Source: Dehalococcoidia bacterium
GTDB lineage: Bacteria; Chloroflexota; Dehalococcoidia; E44-bin15
Direction of reading: 5' to 3'
Assembly (NCBI GenBank): GCA_041653935.1
Contig: JBAZEO010000001.1
Coordinates: 618,268-682,267, forward strand
Length of the DNA: 64,000 bases
Positions 36,675 through 45,554 of the stretch are shown here, in pieces. The notes under the pieces are model-generated. The model saw nothing but the letters and a program-made list of their open reading frames with translations, did no database searches and was not told the origin of the DNA. Both the position numbers and the translations under genes were made by a program. The first letter of the stretch is position 1. The number at the start of each line of letters is the position of its first letter.

Positions 36675-37388
36675 CTACTTCGGATTCTGCTTTCTGCCGG
36701 ACTTAATTGCATCCAGCATATTCTTAATGCCATGCGTGAAAACCAAGTCTTTATCCCATCTCTGTCCATCGTAGGCCACACTGTATACATTCAATATCTC
36801 ATGAATGGTATCAATAGTCCGATCAATCTCCTCTATATCCACCGGGCACTCATCGAAAACATTGATATGCGTCTTGGCAACCTTCCCGTCTATATGCAAC
36901 AGCGCGTCATCCTCCCACTTCTTCAGTTTCCGAACAGGCAATTCCTTTAACTTTGCTCTATGCTCCTTGATGACATCGCGCGTTACTTGTGAGGGCTTCT
37001 CTTCCTCGGCCTGCTTCTCGAGAATCATGTCTTCCTCATAGCGTTTCCTTCGGTCGGCAGCAGGGACAGCAAATATACCCATGTTTTTCTCAGCAAAATC
37101 CAAGAAATAGGAGATGTTCGTTGTACTATCCTCCCCTTTATCAAACAGCTTGTTTAAACGCAGCAGCGTCTCCAGGAGATTCCCACGCATACTCAGCGTA
37201 AAGAAGGTATGGGCCACGTTCATCTCATCCGAATAGCTCTCTATATAGTTCCACAGGCACTTCCATGTGACGAAATGCCAGTTAGCATTATTTAATTCTC
37301 CTCTTAATATATGACTTAATCTGATGAACTCTTCTTCTTTACCCATTACCTTAATATTTGTGTTTTTATTAGCGGACTTCCCTTTCAT
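36675..37388 (-). CDS. Hypothetical protein, possibly HEPN/AbiU2-like (degenerate motif)
   Basis: 237 aa, markedly AT-rich gene. Layout LLRLNKLFDK...(helical)...RKLKKWEDDALLHID resembles AbiU2-type HEPN proteins, but the canonical Arg of Rx4-6H is replaced by Trp. Confidence 0.35.
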   Translation of the reverse strand: MKGKSANKNTNIKVMGKEEEFIRLSHILRGELNNANWHFVTWKCLWNYIESYSDEMNVAHTFFTLSMRGNLLETLLRLNKLFDKGEDSTTNISYFLDFAEKNMGIFAVPAADRRKRYEEDMILEKQAEEEKPSQVTRDVIKEHRAKLKELPVRKLKKWEDDALLHIDGKVAKTHINVFDECPVDIEEIDRTIDTIHEILNVYSVAYDGQRWDKDLVFTHGIKNMLDAIKSGRKQNPK

Positions 37389-37449
37389 ACCTCACCTCTC
37401 CTTATATAAATTATCCTAATCGACAAATCCTTCCCATCTCAGTAATTGC

Positions 37450-37884
37450 TTATAGTATCTCTTCCAAAATCTCTACTGCGTCCTGTACGAAACTAGGACA
37501 GACTGTAGAAAACAACTTCTCGTTCTTAGCGATCCGCTGCCCTTGGGGAGTGCCGATATCGCATCCTAACAATTCTCTGCATATAATAGTACCATTCCTC
37601 GTTTTGAATTTCTTGCTAAACTCCTTAACGAGGTTGTAAGTCTTCACCTTAGCTTCATCATCATCAACCCTGGTTCTTCCGTATTTAAGACCGATAACCA
37701 TGAACGCGCCTGTCACAGCGCCGCACACCTCACCCATCTGCCCCATGCCGCCACCGAATGATTGCGCCACCTTCAATGCGACATCGCGACCCATACCCAT
37801 CTCGATAGCATATATAGAAAACACCGACTGTGAACAATTGAACCCCTCTTTAAAACACGATAACGCTTCATTAGCTTTATTCAT
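37450..37884 (-). CDS. C_GCAxxG_C_C family protein
   Basis: 144 aa. FNCSQSV...CGAVTGAFMVIG...C...C pattern of the family. Confidence 0.8.
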   Translation of the reverse strand: MNKANEALSCFKEGFNCSQSVFSIYAIEMGMGRDVALKVAQSFGGGMGQMGEVCGAVTGAFMVIGLKYGRTRVDDDEAKVKTYNLVKEFSKKFKTRNGTIICRELLGCDIGTPQGQRIAKNEKLFSTVCPSFVQDAVEILEEIL

Positions 37885-37909
37885 AAAAACACTCTATCAC
37901 GACACTGTT

Positions 37910-39115
37910 TTACACCCACCTCGTCCGCTTGCTCCTGCTCTTACCGGACATCTGCACACCCATCCCCTTCTCCGCCATGGCCTGCTCCACCAGCAGGCGG
38001 AATGCCTCACGATCAGCGGCTGTTACCACCGCCTTCTCATGCGCTTCCATAAGCGCTACCGGATAGCCCGGCCCGCGGCGGTATTGATCCAGCATCAGCG
38101 AATGTACTAATCCGACCAGATCATCGCGCTCCGCGACCCATTTCGGCACCTCGACCCGCGCTATTTCCCCATCGACTTTTAAATAGAAGAAGTATATCTG
38201 ATGTTCTCTATAATATTTCTGCACATATTTCGAGCCGCTCAAGAATACGGCCGACCTTTGACCAATATCAAGCACGGTATCAAAAATAGCGATATCCGTG
38301 ATCCCGGCTATATCATCACATTCGCGCCCTCGCCCCTCCAACCGGCAACGCTCGCAATCGACGGGGTCGTAGCCGCACATATAAACGCGTAGAGCATTCG
38401 TAAAATCCACGTTACGAGGGAAGCTGGTGCAAGCGCATAAGGCAAACGGGCTGTCTAGGCTTCTCTGCTTCATGCTGTCGAAAGCGCTTAAATAATCTTT
38501 ATCTAACAGTTCCTCACGAATGAAACCTTCGTAATCCCTGGGAGAGAGACCCCATAATACCAGAGACCCGTCTATCATAGCTAAAGTAGCTCGACCGTGG
38601 AGTTGTTTAGAAACGACATCCGCAAGCGCAGCGCACTCCGCTATACTGCGCTTCACCCCCAGCAGAGTGCCCTCTATCAACTCTACCCTGCCGCTCACGG
38701 AATCGGTCAGCGCCAGGTCATCGCCGAAATATACACACGCGTCGCTGGCGATCTGCGCATCGGGCTCAGTGCCATAGTGTATCGCAACGCTGCCGATATT
38801 TATTAAATAGCATCTGACCGAGTTATGACGATCGACTTCGATATGCGAGCCGTCCGTGGCCAGCACCGTGAATTCCTGAGGACAATTCGGAGGGTTATAC
38901 CGCCGATTGAAACCGTGCGCGATGCCCGCAACAGGCCAAGGCGTATTACATGAGGCTATTTTAGTAATCAGGGTATCTGCATCAGCTTCGGCAAAGAGCT
39001 TAAGAGCCTGCGCCAGACGGCCCCTCCGCTCCTCACCCTCCAACCCGACTTTAGCCACCATGTCTTCTATCTGGGCGGCAACTTTGGAGAATTCTAACGG
39101 CATCAGCAACTCCAT
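37910..39115 (-). CDS. NurA-domain nuclease-like protein
   Basis: 401 aa. VLATDGSHIEVD and AMIDGSLVLWGL (two DGS motifs), C-terminal GYPVALMEAHEKAVV, as in NurA 5-prime to 3-prime nucleases. Confidence 0.7.
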   Translation of the reverse strand: MELLMPLEFSKVAAQIEDMVAKVGLEGEERRGRLAQALKLFAEADADTLITKIASCNTPWPVAGIAHGFNRRYNPPNCPQEFTVLATDGSHIEVDRHNSVRCYLINIGSVAIHYGTEPDAQIASDACVYFGDDLALTDSVSGRVELIEGTLLGVKRSIAECAALADVVSKQLHGRATLAMIDGSLVLWGLSPRDYEGFIREELLDKDYLSAFDSMKQRSLDSPFALCACTSFPRNVDFTNALRVYMCGYDPVDCERCRLEGRGRECDDIAGITDIAIFDTVLDIGQRSAVFLSGSKYVQKYYREHQIYFFYLKVDGEIARVEVPKWVAERDDLVGLVHSLMLDQYRRGPGYPVALMEAHEKAVVTAADREAFRLLVEQAMAEKGMGVQMSGKSRSKRTRWV

Positions 39116-39127
39116 GACGACAAGCCG

Positions 39128-39448
39128 CTACCCCTTGAACTCAGGGGGCGACTTCCAGAATAATTCCCAATCCTCTTTCCCTACTCCCAGATCGGACAAC
39201 ACCCTGTACGGCAACTGAAAGGAGACTCCGGCCTCCCTTTCGATTTTTTTGATATGTCTGGCCAGAACAAAGGTCATCATCTTGGCGTGTTCATAACTCA
39301 TCCACACGCGCGCAACCGTGTCCGGAACCTTGCCGGGACCCGGTTCCGGCGGGGACTTTCTGAAACTCAATGCCATGCCGTACGGCCCGCCGCTGACGAT
39401 AAACTGGTCGGAATATACATCAGGTACGCTTTTCTCGTCTTCCGTCAT
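39128..39448 (-). CDS. DUF3467-like small protein
   Basis: 106 aa from MTEDEK (AGGAGGG RBS). VYSDQFIVSGGPYGMALSF...VARVWMSYEHAKMM resembles DUF3467. Track ORF start 39577 is an over-extension through the promoter. Confidence 0.6.
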   Translation of the reverse strand: MTEDEKSVPDVYSDQFIVSGGPYGMALSFRKSPPEPGPGKVPDTVARVWMSYEHAKMMTFVLARHIKKIEREAGVSFQLPYRVLSDLGVGKEDWELFWKSPPEFKG

Positions 39449-39464
39449 TGTGCCCTCCTGCGAT

Positions 39465-39499
39465 AGGTGGAGTATAGCACAGCAATATGCAATGGGCAA
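39465..39499 (-). promoter_or_regulatory. Promoter-like element with shared 23-nt motif (copy 1)
   Basis: Minus strand: TTGCCC (39499-39494), 17 nt, TATACT (39476-39471), then CCACCT. The 23-mer 39465-39487 matches 40527-40549 at 21 of 23 positions. Confidence 0.5.
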
Positions 39500-39650
39500 T
39501 GTAAATATACAGGTCGACTTCGACAACGATTTGCAGGATACATCCCCAAAAAACAAGGCCCCTGTGTGCATCCACACAAGGGCATTAGATTACCAATAAC
39601 AGCGCAACGATCTTATCTATTGCACAACATCGACCGGCGCAGCCGAACGA

Positions 39651-40469
39651 TTATTTGTTCTTATAATTAGGCTTACGCTTCTCTTTGAAAGCCTTCATGC
39701 CTTCCTTGGAATCCTCGGAGGCAAATACCGGCCAGCCTAGCGAATCCTGCTTCTGCAGCGCCTCGGCATACGGCACCGACGCATCGATCTCGCGCAACGT
39801 GCGGGTAATAGCCCTTATCGATATCGGCCCGTTCTCGCACATCTGGCGTGCGATCTTCAGCGCCTCTTCCAGCGCCTTCCCCTTGGGAACCACACGGTTA
39901 ATGAGCCCCCAGTCCATCGCCTCTTTCGCAGGGATATGCTGACCGAGCAATAGTATCTCCGCCGCCCTGCAGTAAGGTATCTGCCGCGGCAGGCGGAATG
40001 CTGACCCCGCCATGGGATAGAGGCCGCGGATCACCTCGGTCACGCCGAACTTGGCGTCCTCGGCGCCGACGCGTATGTCGGTGCCCTGCAAAATCTCAGT
40101 GCCGCCGGCCACAGCGTAGCCCTCGATAGCCAGTATTATCGGCTTGTTAGGACGATTCTCGCGAAGCAGCGCCTGCCAATGCAGATTGGGCACCTCCTTC
40201 ATCAAGCGCTGTATCTCTTCCACATTGTCCTCGGTTGACGGCCCGGCCTTGAGGTCCATACCCGCGCAGAACGTATCGCCCTTGCCCGTCAGTACGGCGC
40301 AATAGATATCGTTGTCTTCATCCAGAAGCCGCCACGCCTTATACATCCCGATCAGCATCGATGGAGTAAGCGCATTCTTAGCCTCCGGACGATTGAGTGT
40401 GACAATAATAATATGTCCTTCCCTCTCGACGGTGCAATTCTTGGTAGTAATACTCAGCTGTTCAGCCAT
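39651..40469 (-). CDS. Enoyl-CoA hydratase/isomerase (crotonase) family protein
   Basis: 272 aa. LNRPEAKNAL, FCAGMDLK and GYAVAGGTE oxyanion-hole motifs. Confidence 0.9.
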   Translation of the reverse strand: MAEQLSITTKNCTVEREGHIIIVTLNRPEAKNALTPSMLIGMYKAWRLLDEDNDIYCAVLTGKGDTFCAGMDLKAGPSTEDNVEEIQRLMKEVPNLHWQALLRENRPNKPIILAIEGYAVAGGTEILQGTDIRVGAEDAKFGVTEVIRGLYPMAGSAFRLPRQIPYCRAAEILLLGQHIPAKEAMDWGLINRVVPKGKALEEALKIARQMCENGPISIRAITRTLREIDASVPYAEALQKQDSLGWPVFASEDSKEGMKAFKEKRKPNYKNK

Positions 40470-40526
40470 TCGTTCCTCCTGATTCTCTTCGATGTTTACA
40501 TCCGTCTGTTAACCTTTTCTACAGCC

Positions 40527-40562
40527 AGGTGGAGTATAGCATAGCGATACGTGGCTGAGCAA
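40527..40562 (-). promoter_or_regulatory. Promoter-like element with shared 23-nt motif (copy 2)
   Basis: Minus strand: TTGCTC (40562-40557), 18 nt, TATACT (40538-40533), then CCACCT. Confidence 0.45.
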
Positions 40563-40630
40563 TCCGCAATTGCCCGGACGCGCGCGGTTTGCTATTATAG
40601 TGCCGACGATAGCGATGTGAAGGAACTCTT

Positions 40631-41665
40631 ATGAGCGTTGGACTGGTTTACCACCCGATATATCTGGAACATGACACCGGCCTCCACTGCGAAACTGCAT
40701 CGCGGCTGACGACTACAATGTCGCACCTCAAAAATGTTGGCACGCTGGATAAGCTCATTCCCATTAAGCCCCAAGCCGCCACGGTAGAACAGATTGCTCG
40801 TGTCCACTCCCCTTCATACATCTCCGGCATAGAATCCTTCGTTAAATGCGGCGGCGGATACCTCGACGGCGATACCGTCGCATCCCCTGCCTCCTACGAA
40901 GCTGCGATATATGCCGCAGGAGGAGTCATCGCCGCCGTCGATGCCGTCATGTCGAACAAAGCGACCTACGCCTTCGCACTCGTACGCCCGCCTGGGCACC
41001 ATGCGGTACGCAGTGCATCAATGGGATTCTGCATCTTCAACAATATCGCCATAGCCGCCAGGGACGCCATTGCCAAATACGGACTCGATCGTATACTGAT
41101 AGTTGATTTCGATGTGCACCACGGCAACGGGACGCAAGATGCATTCTATAGTGAATCCGATGTTCTGTACTTCTCCACACACCAATATCCATTCTACCCA
41201 GGAAGCGGCGGCGTCGACGAGATCGGCAGCGGCGAGGGTGAAGGATACACGGTGGACGTTCCCATGCCGGGCGGCTGCGGCGATGCGGAATACATACGCG
41301 CCTTCGAGGAAGTACTCGTGCCTGTGGCAAAGCGTTATAAGCCGCAGCTCATCCTCGTCTCCGCCGGATACGATGCGCACTGGGCTGACAGCATATCGTC
41401 GATGCAGGTGACGACTACGGGATACGCAAAGATGGCGGCAATCCTCAAGGATTTGGCGGATGAGCTCTGCTGCAGCAAACTGGTCTTTGCGCTGGAGGGC
41501 GGCTATAACATAGAGGCGCTGGCGGAATCGGTGGACGCAACAATCAATGTACTCCTCGGTACACCCAAGGCATACGATACGTTGGGCAAACCACGCAGGA
41601 GCTGGTCGCCGCCGGACACAGAGGAGCTATTCCACAGTATAAAAGAGACACACAATCTGCTTTAA
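40631..41665 (+). CDS. Histone deacetylase-family amidohydrolase (acetoin utilization / acetylpolyamine type)
   Basis: 344 aa. RPPGHHA, DFDVHHGNGTQ, SAGYDAH, EGGY. Confidence 0.9.
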   Translation: MSVGLVYHPIYLEHDTGLHCETASRLTTTMSHLKNVGTLDKLIPIKPQAATVEQIARVHSPSYISGIESFVKCGGGYLDGDTVASPASYEAAIYAAGGVIAAVDAVMSNKATYAFALVRPPGHHAVRSASMGFCIFNNIAIAARDAIAKYGLDRILIVDFDVHHGNGTQDAFYSESDVLYFSTHQYPFYPGSGGVDEIGSGEGEGYTVDVPMPGGCGDAEYIRAFEEVLVPVAKRYKPQLILVSAGYDAHWADSISSMQVTTTGYAKMAAILKDLADELCCSKLVFALEGGYNIEALAESVDATINVLLGTPKAYDTLGKPRRSWSPPDTEELFHSIKETHNLL

Positions 41666-41742
41666 GGACCGGGCGCCGGCGGTGAAGGCGGACATGTACC
41701 AGGACATTCATCACACTCGTGATCGAATATATATAAAGCTGC

Positions 41743-44310
41743 CTAACGAGATACTGTCCAGCGCTGGCTGAGAAACTTGATCGCCTCAAAACACGTGGCG
41801 CAGACCGCGCCGGCCGCCACACAAATTCCAACATCATTGGCATGCAGAATGTCAAATTTGAACAGGTCACGCAGGAACGGCACATAGACAACCAACACCA
41901 GGAAAACGATAGCGGATACAACTATCAACCACAGGGCTTTGTTTTTTGAACGTAAGGTGGATATGATCGTTCTGGATAATGACCGGTTGGTAAATATGAG
42001 GCAAATGTTGGCAAAAACCAGCGTGACAAAGGTCAGAGCGCGTGCTTCTCCTTCCGTGTGCCCCAATTGCCGGCTGATTCCAAAGATAGCCAGCGTAATC
42101 ACCAGGACAACGGCGCCTTGAAGTATGCTCATGATAACCGCCTTACGGCGGAAGAGGGGCTCTTTTCTGTTACGCGGCGGACGGCTCATTACATCTTTTT
42201 CCGACTGCTCAGCCTCAAATGCAATAGAACAGGACGGATCGATAATCAGCTCGAGGAATACCACATGCACCGGGGATAGAATCGCAGGCCAGCCAAGGAG
42301 AACCGGTAGAAGCGTTAAGCCTGCTATAGGCACATGAACCGCCAGGATATATACCATAGCCTTTCTCAGGTTATCGAAAATGCGCCGCCCCATCCTGATA
42401 GCTTTTACGATGGATGAGAAATCATCATCGAGCAACACCAGATCCGCAGCCTCTCTGGCTACATCTGTGCCTCTGCCTCCCATAGCTATGCCGATGTGAG
42501 CGGACTTGAGAGCAGGCGCATCGTTCACGCCGTCTCCAGTCATGGAGACAATCTCACCATTCTCCTTGAACCCGTTAACAAGACGTAGCTTCTGCTCCGG
42601 CACCACCCTGGTAAAAATGCTCACCGTTTTTATGCACTCTCTAAGCTCACCATCGCTCATTTTGCTGAGTTCGGGGCCGGTGATGACCTTGTCGGAAGGC
42701 ATAAGGCCGATATCGCGGGCAATGTGCATAGCGGTGCCGGGATAGTCGCCGGTTATCATTACCACACGGATGCCGGCGTTGTAGCACTCTTTAATGGAAG
42801 CCGGAACCGTTGGCCGTATCGGATCAGCAAACCCGACAAAGCCAAGGAACTCGAAAGTGAAATCGTGCTGGTCATCGGGCAGAGACGTATGTGTGAAGTG
42901 CGCCTTTGCCACGCCCAGAATCCTGAGACCATCGTTTGCCATTACATCTATCTGATTTGCTAGTTCGGACTTCTGTCTTTCATCAAGATGGCACAAGTCG
43001 ATGATAGCCTCCGGCGCGCCCTTGGCAGCGATGATGTAATCAGCTCCATCCGGGGATTGCCACACGTGTGAGAGGGCCAGTATATTACGCGACAGCGGAT
43101 ACTCCTGCACCAGCGTCCAGTCGTTGTGCAAGTGCTCAGTCAAGTTCAGATAGTGCTCGCCGAGTTCCTTAAGGGCCTTCTCCATCGGATCGAATGGGGT
43201 CTTCTGGCTGGCCAGTATGCTGAACTCCACCAGCTGGTGAAATATTTCCGGGGGCGCCTCTTGCGTATTGAAATCAATGCTAAAAAACTCGCCATCCGCG
43301 TAAATCCTGCTCACCGACATGCGGTTCATCGTCAGCGTCCCGGTCTTATCCACGCACAGCACCGTGTTGGCCCCCAGCATCTCGATTGCCGGCATGCGGC
43401 GCGTCAGCACATGGTTGCGCGAGATGCGCCATGCGCCAAGGGCGAGGAAGACGGTGAGCACAACCGGGAATTCCTCCGGCAGTATGGCCATGGCAAGGGT
43501 AATACTCGCCAGAAGCCCCTTGAGCCACTCGTGCAGCGTGAGACCGTATATAACGAACATGGCCAGACATAGCAAAAAGCCGATCATGGCCAGGTTGCGG
43601 ACGATGCGCCGGGTCTCTTTCTGGAGCAACGTATCCTCCGGCTCTATTGTCTGCAGCGATTTGCCTATCTTGCCGAATTCGGTGTGCAAGCCGGTGCATG
43701 CCACCCTAGCAAGCCCCATGCCGCTAACCACCAGCGTACCCGAATAGATGAATGGCGAGTTATCGCCACCGGGACGTCCCATCTCTACATTGCCTTCACA
43801 TTCAAGCTTTTGCACAGGAACGGATTCACCGGTGAGAAGCGATTCGTCTGTCTTTAAGTTGCTGCAGGCCAGGACAATGGCATCGGCAGGCACACGGTCA
43901 CCTTCGGCCAGGAAGACAATGTCATCACAGACGACCTCCCTGCCGGCTATCCGCTTGCTCTCACCACCACGTATCACCAGAGCGCGCGGGCTGGAAAGGT
44001 CTCGCAGCGCCTCAAGCGTGCGTTCCGTCTTCCGCTCCTGATAAATGGTGATACCGATGATGACGAAGACGAAGAGAAGAAGCAAACAGGCCTCTTCCTT
44101 ATCGCCGAGCAACATGTAAATCGTGCCGCTTATGATAAGGAGCAACAGCATCGGCTCGCGTATGACTTGAAGTGCAATAGCCCAGAAACTATGTTGCTTG
44201 GCAGAGGGAATTTCATTGTAGCCGTCGCGCGCCAACCTGGCAGCAGCCTCTTGCTCGGAGAGGCCGCTGACGCCGCTCAAATTGTTCAGATCGTACTTGT
44301 CAGCCAACAA
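41743..44310 (-). CDS. P-type cation-transporting ATPase (P2-like, Ca2+/Mg2+-type)
   Basis: 855 aa. DKTGTLT phosphorylation site, TGES, PEEFP in TM4, TGDYPGTA, GDGVNDAPAL. TTG start with AAGGAG RBS. Confidence 0.9.
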   Translation of the reverse strand: MLADKYDLNNLSGVSGLSEQEAAARLARDGYNEIPSAKQHSFWAIALQVIREPMLLLLIISGTIYMLLGDKEEACLLLLFVFVIIGITIYQERKTERTLEALRDLSSPRALVIRGGESKRIAGREVVCDDIVFLAEGDRVPADAIVLACSNLKTDESLLTGESVPVQKLECEGNVEMGRPGGDNSPFIYSGTLVVSGMGLARVACTGLHTEFGKIGKSLQTIEPEDTLLQKETRRIVRNLAMIGFLLCLAMFVIYGLTLHEWLKGLLASITLAMAILPEEFPVVLTVFLALGAWRISRNHVLTRRMPAIEMLGANTVLCVDKTGTLTMNRMSVSRIYADGEFFSIDFNTQEAPPEIFHQLVEFSILASQKTPFDPMEKALKELGEHYLNLTEHLHNDWTLVQEYPLSRNILALSHVWQSPDGADYIIAAKGAPEAIIDLCHLDERQKSELANQIDVMANDGLRILGVAKAHFTHTSLPDDQHDFTFEFLGFVGFADPIRPTVPASIKECYNAGIRVVMITGDYPGTAMHIARDIGLMPSDKVITGPELSKMSDGELRECIKTVSIFTRVVPEQKLRLVNGFKENGEIVSMTGDGVNDAPALKSAHIGIAMGGRGTDVAREAADLVLLDDDFSSIVKAIRMGRRIFDNLRKAMVYILAVHVPIAGLTLLPVLLGWPAILSPVHVVFLELIIDPSCSIAFEAEQSEKDVMSRPPRNRKEPLFRRKAVIMSILQGAVVLVITLAIFGISRQLGHTEGEARALTFVTLVFANICLIFTNRSLSRTIISTLRSKNKALWLIVVSAIVFLVLVVYVPFLRDLFKFDILHANDVGICVAAGAVCATCFEAIKFLSQRWTVSR

Positions 44311-44383
44311 GGCTCCTTCTTAACGATGTTGCAATTGATATTTAGGTTAGTTCGTTCCTGCGGTCCGTCAAGTATGTTGGGTA

Positions 44384-44417
44384 TAAAAAAACCCGCAGGA
44401 AGCTCAGTCCCGCGGGT
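44384..44417 (-). terminator. Intrinsic terminator hairpin (secF terminator and/or attenuator in the ATPase leader)
   Basis: Minus strand ACCCGCGGGACTGAGCTTCCTGCGGGT followed by TTTTTTT. Confidence 0.7.
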
Positions 44418-44486
44418 CTCATCCCACTGCAATGATTGTCAGCCCGGCTCTCTCTTGCATGAAGAGCGCCTGTTCCAAGCAAAATT

Positions 44487-44516
44487 ATTCTATCGTGAGC
44501 TGTCCGACATTGTCAA
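44487..44516 (-). promoter_or_regulatory. Sigma-70-like promoter between secF and the terminator hairpin
   Basis: Minus strand TTGACA (44516-44511), 18-nt spacer, TAGAAT (44492-44487). Confidence 0.45.
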
Positions 44517-44576
44517 GCCTGCACATTACAACTAAGGCGCTGAGAACATCGAACAGAGATACAACTGTACGATCCT

Positions 44577-45545
44577 CTACCCCTTGGCAAGCGCACGACG
44601 AGGGTTCAGCCGTTCCAGAATACGTCCCAGCGAACCCTTTTCCCACTCGATAAGCAGTGTGCTGGCTATCGCTATAGAGCTGTAGGTACCAATTATTACA
44701 CCAACCGTTAGTATTATCATGAAGTCACGAACGGTCTCACCACCCAGAGCGAGAAGTGCAATACAGACTAACAGCACAAGCAAGCTGGTATTTATGTTAC
44801 GGCCGAGGGTTTCAGTAATGCCGCGATTGAAAGTTTCCTCAATAGAAGCGCCGGGGTTTTTCAGATAATTCTCGCGTATTCTATCGAACACAATAATTGT
44901 ATTATTTATACTGTATCCAATCACTGTCAGTATGCCTGCGATGAACATCATGTTCACTTCAAGCGAAAAAGCATTGCCCAGGACAGCATATAACCCGAGT
45001 ACTACTATGATATCATGCAGCAAACCTATTACAGCACAAACACCGTAACGGACAGAGTGCACCAGCTTTCTGAAAGCAAATGCAATATATATGATCATAG
45101 CAATAGATGCGATAATGATGGCGATAGTGGCATTCCTTGCTATAGATGTTGAAAGGCTGGCAGATACGTCATATGAACTGGGTATATCAAGAGTCCCGAA
45201 TTTCTGTTCCAATGTCGTGCGTATCAGCTCTATTTCACTGATAGTTTGACCTGTAGCCGGGTCCTGTACCGACTCCTGCAACTTGTTCAAACGGATGATG
45301 AATTCATTGCCCTCAGCCTTTTGAATGACTGCCTCGCTATGCCCTAAGCCTGCCATCTCGGCCAGTAGTTCTGCCTGCGTCACATTCTCACTATCGAAGG
45401 TCACCGTAAGCACTGAACCGCTGGTGAACTCGATGCCCCACGCGAGCCCGAAAGGGCCAACGGGTAGTATGAATATAATACAGATGAGCGTCAAAATCCC
45501 CGACGCTATAAAGAACCATTTTCTTTTTCCCATGAAATCTATCAC
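44577..45545 (-). CDS. secF: Protein translocase subunit SecF
   Basis: 322 aa, 6 TM, downstream of secD. GIEFTSG and typical SecF C-terminal TM bundle. Confidence 0.92.
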   Translation of the reverse strand: MIDFMGKRKWFFIASGILTLICIIFILPVGPFGLAWGIEFTSGSVLTVTFDSENVTQAELLAEMAGLGHSEAVIQKAEGNEFIIRLNKLQESVQDPATGQTISEIELIRTTLEQKFGTLDIPSSYDVSASLSTSIARNATIAIIIASIAMIIYIAFAFRKLVHSVRYGVCAVIGLLHDIIVVLGLYAVLGNAFSLEVNMMFIAGILTVIGYSINNTIIVFDRIRENYLKNPGASIEETFNRGITETLGRNINTSLLVLLVCIALLALGGETVRDFMIILTVGVIIGTYSSIAIASTLLIEWEKGSLGRILERLNPRRALAKG

Positions 45546-45554
45546 GTATCTCTC

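Noticed and set aside
44384-44480. Assignment of the ATPase leader to the Mn (yybP-ykoY) or Mg (M-box) riboswitch classes
   Set aside because: The hallmark GGGGAGUAG of yybP-ykoY and the M-box core are not present. Only the generic promoter-hairpin-terminator geometry is reported.
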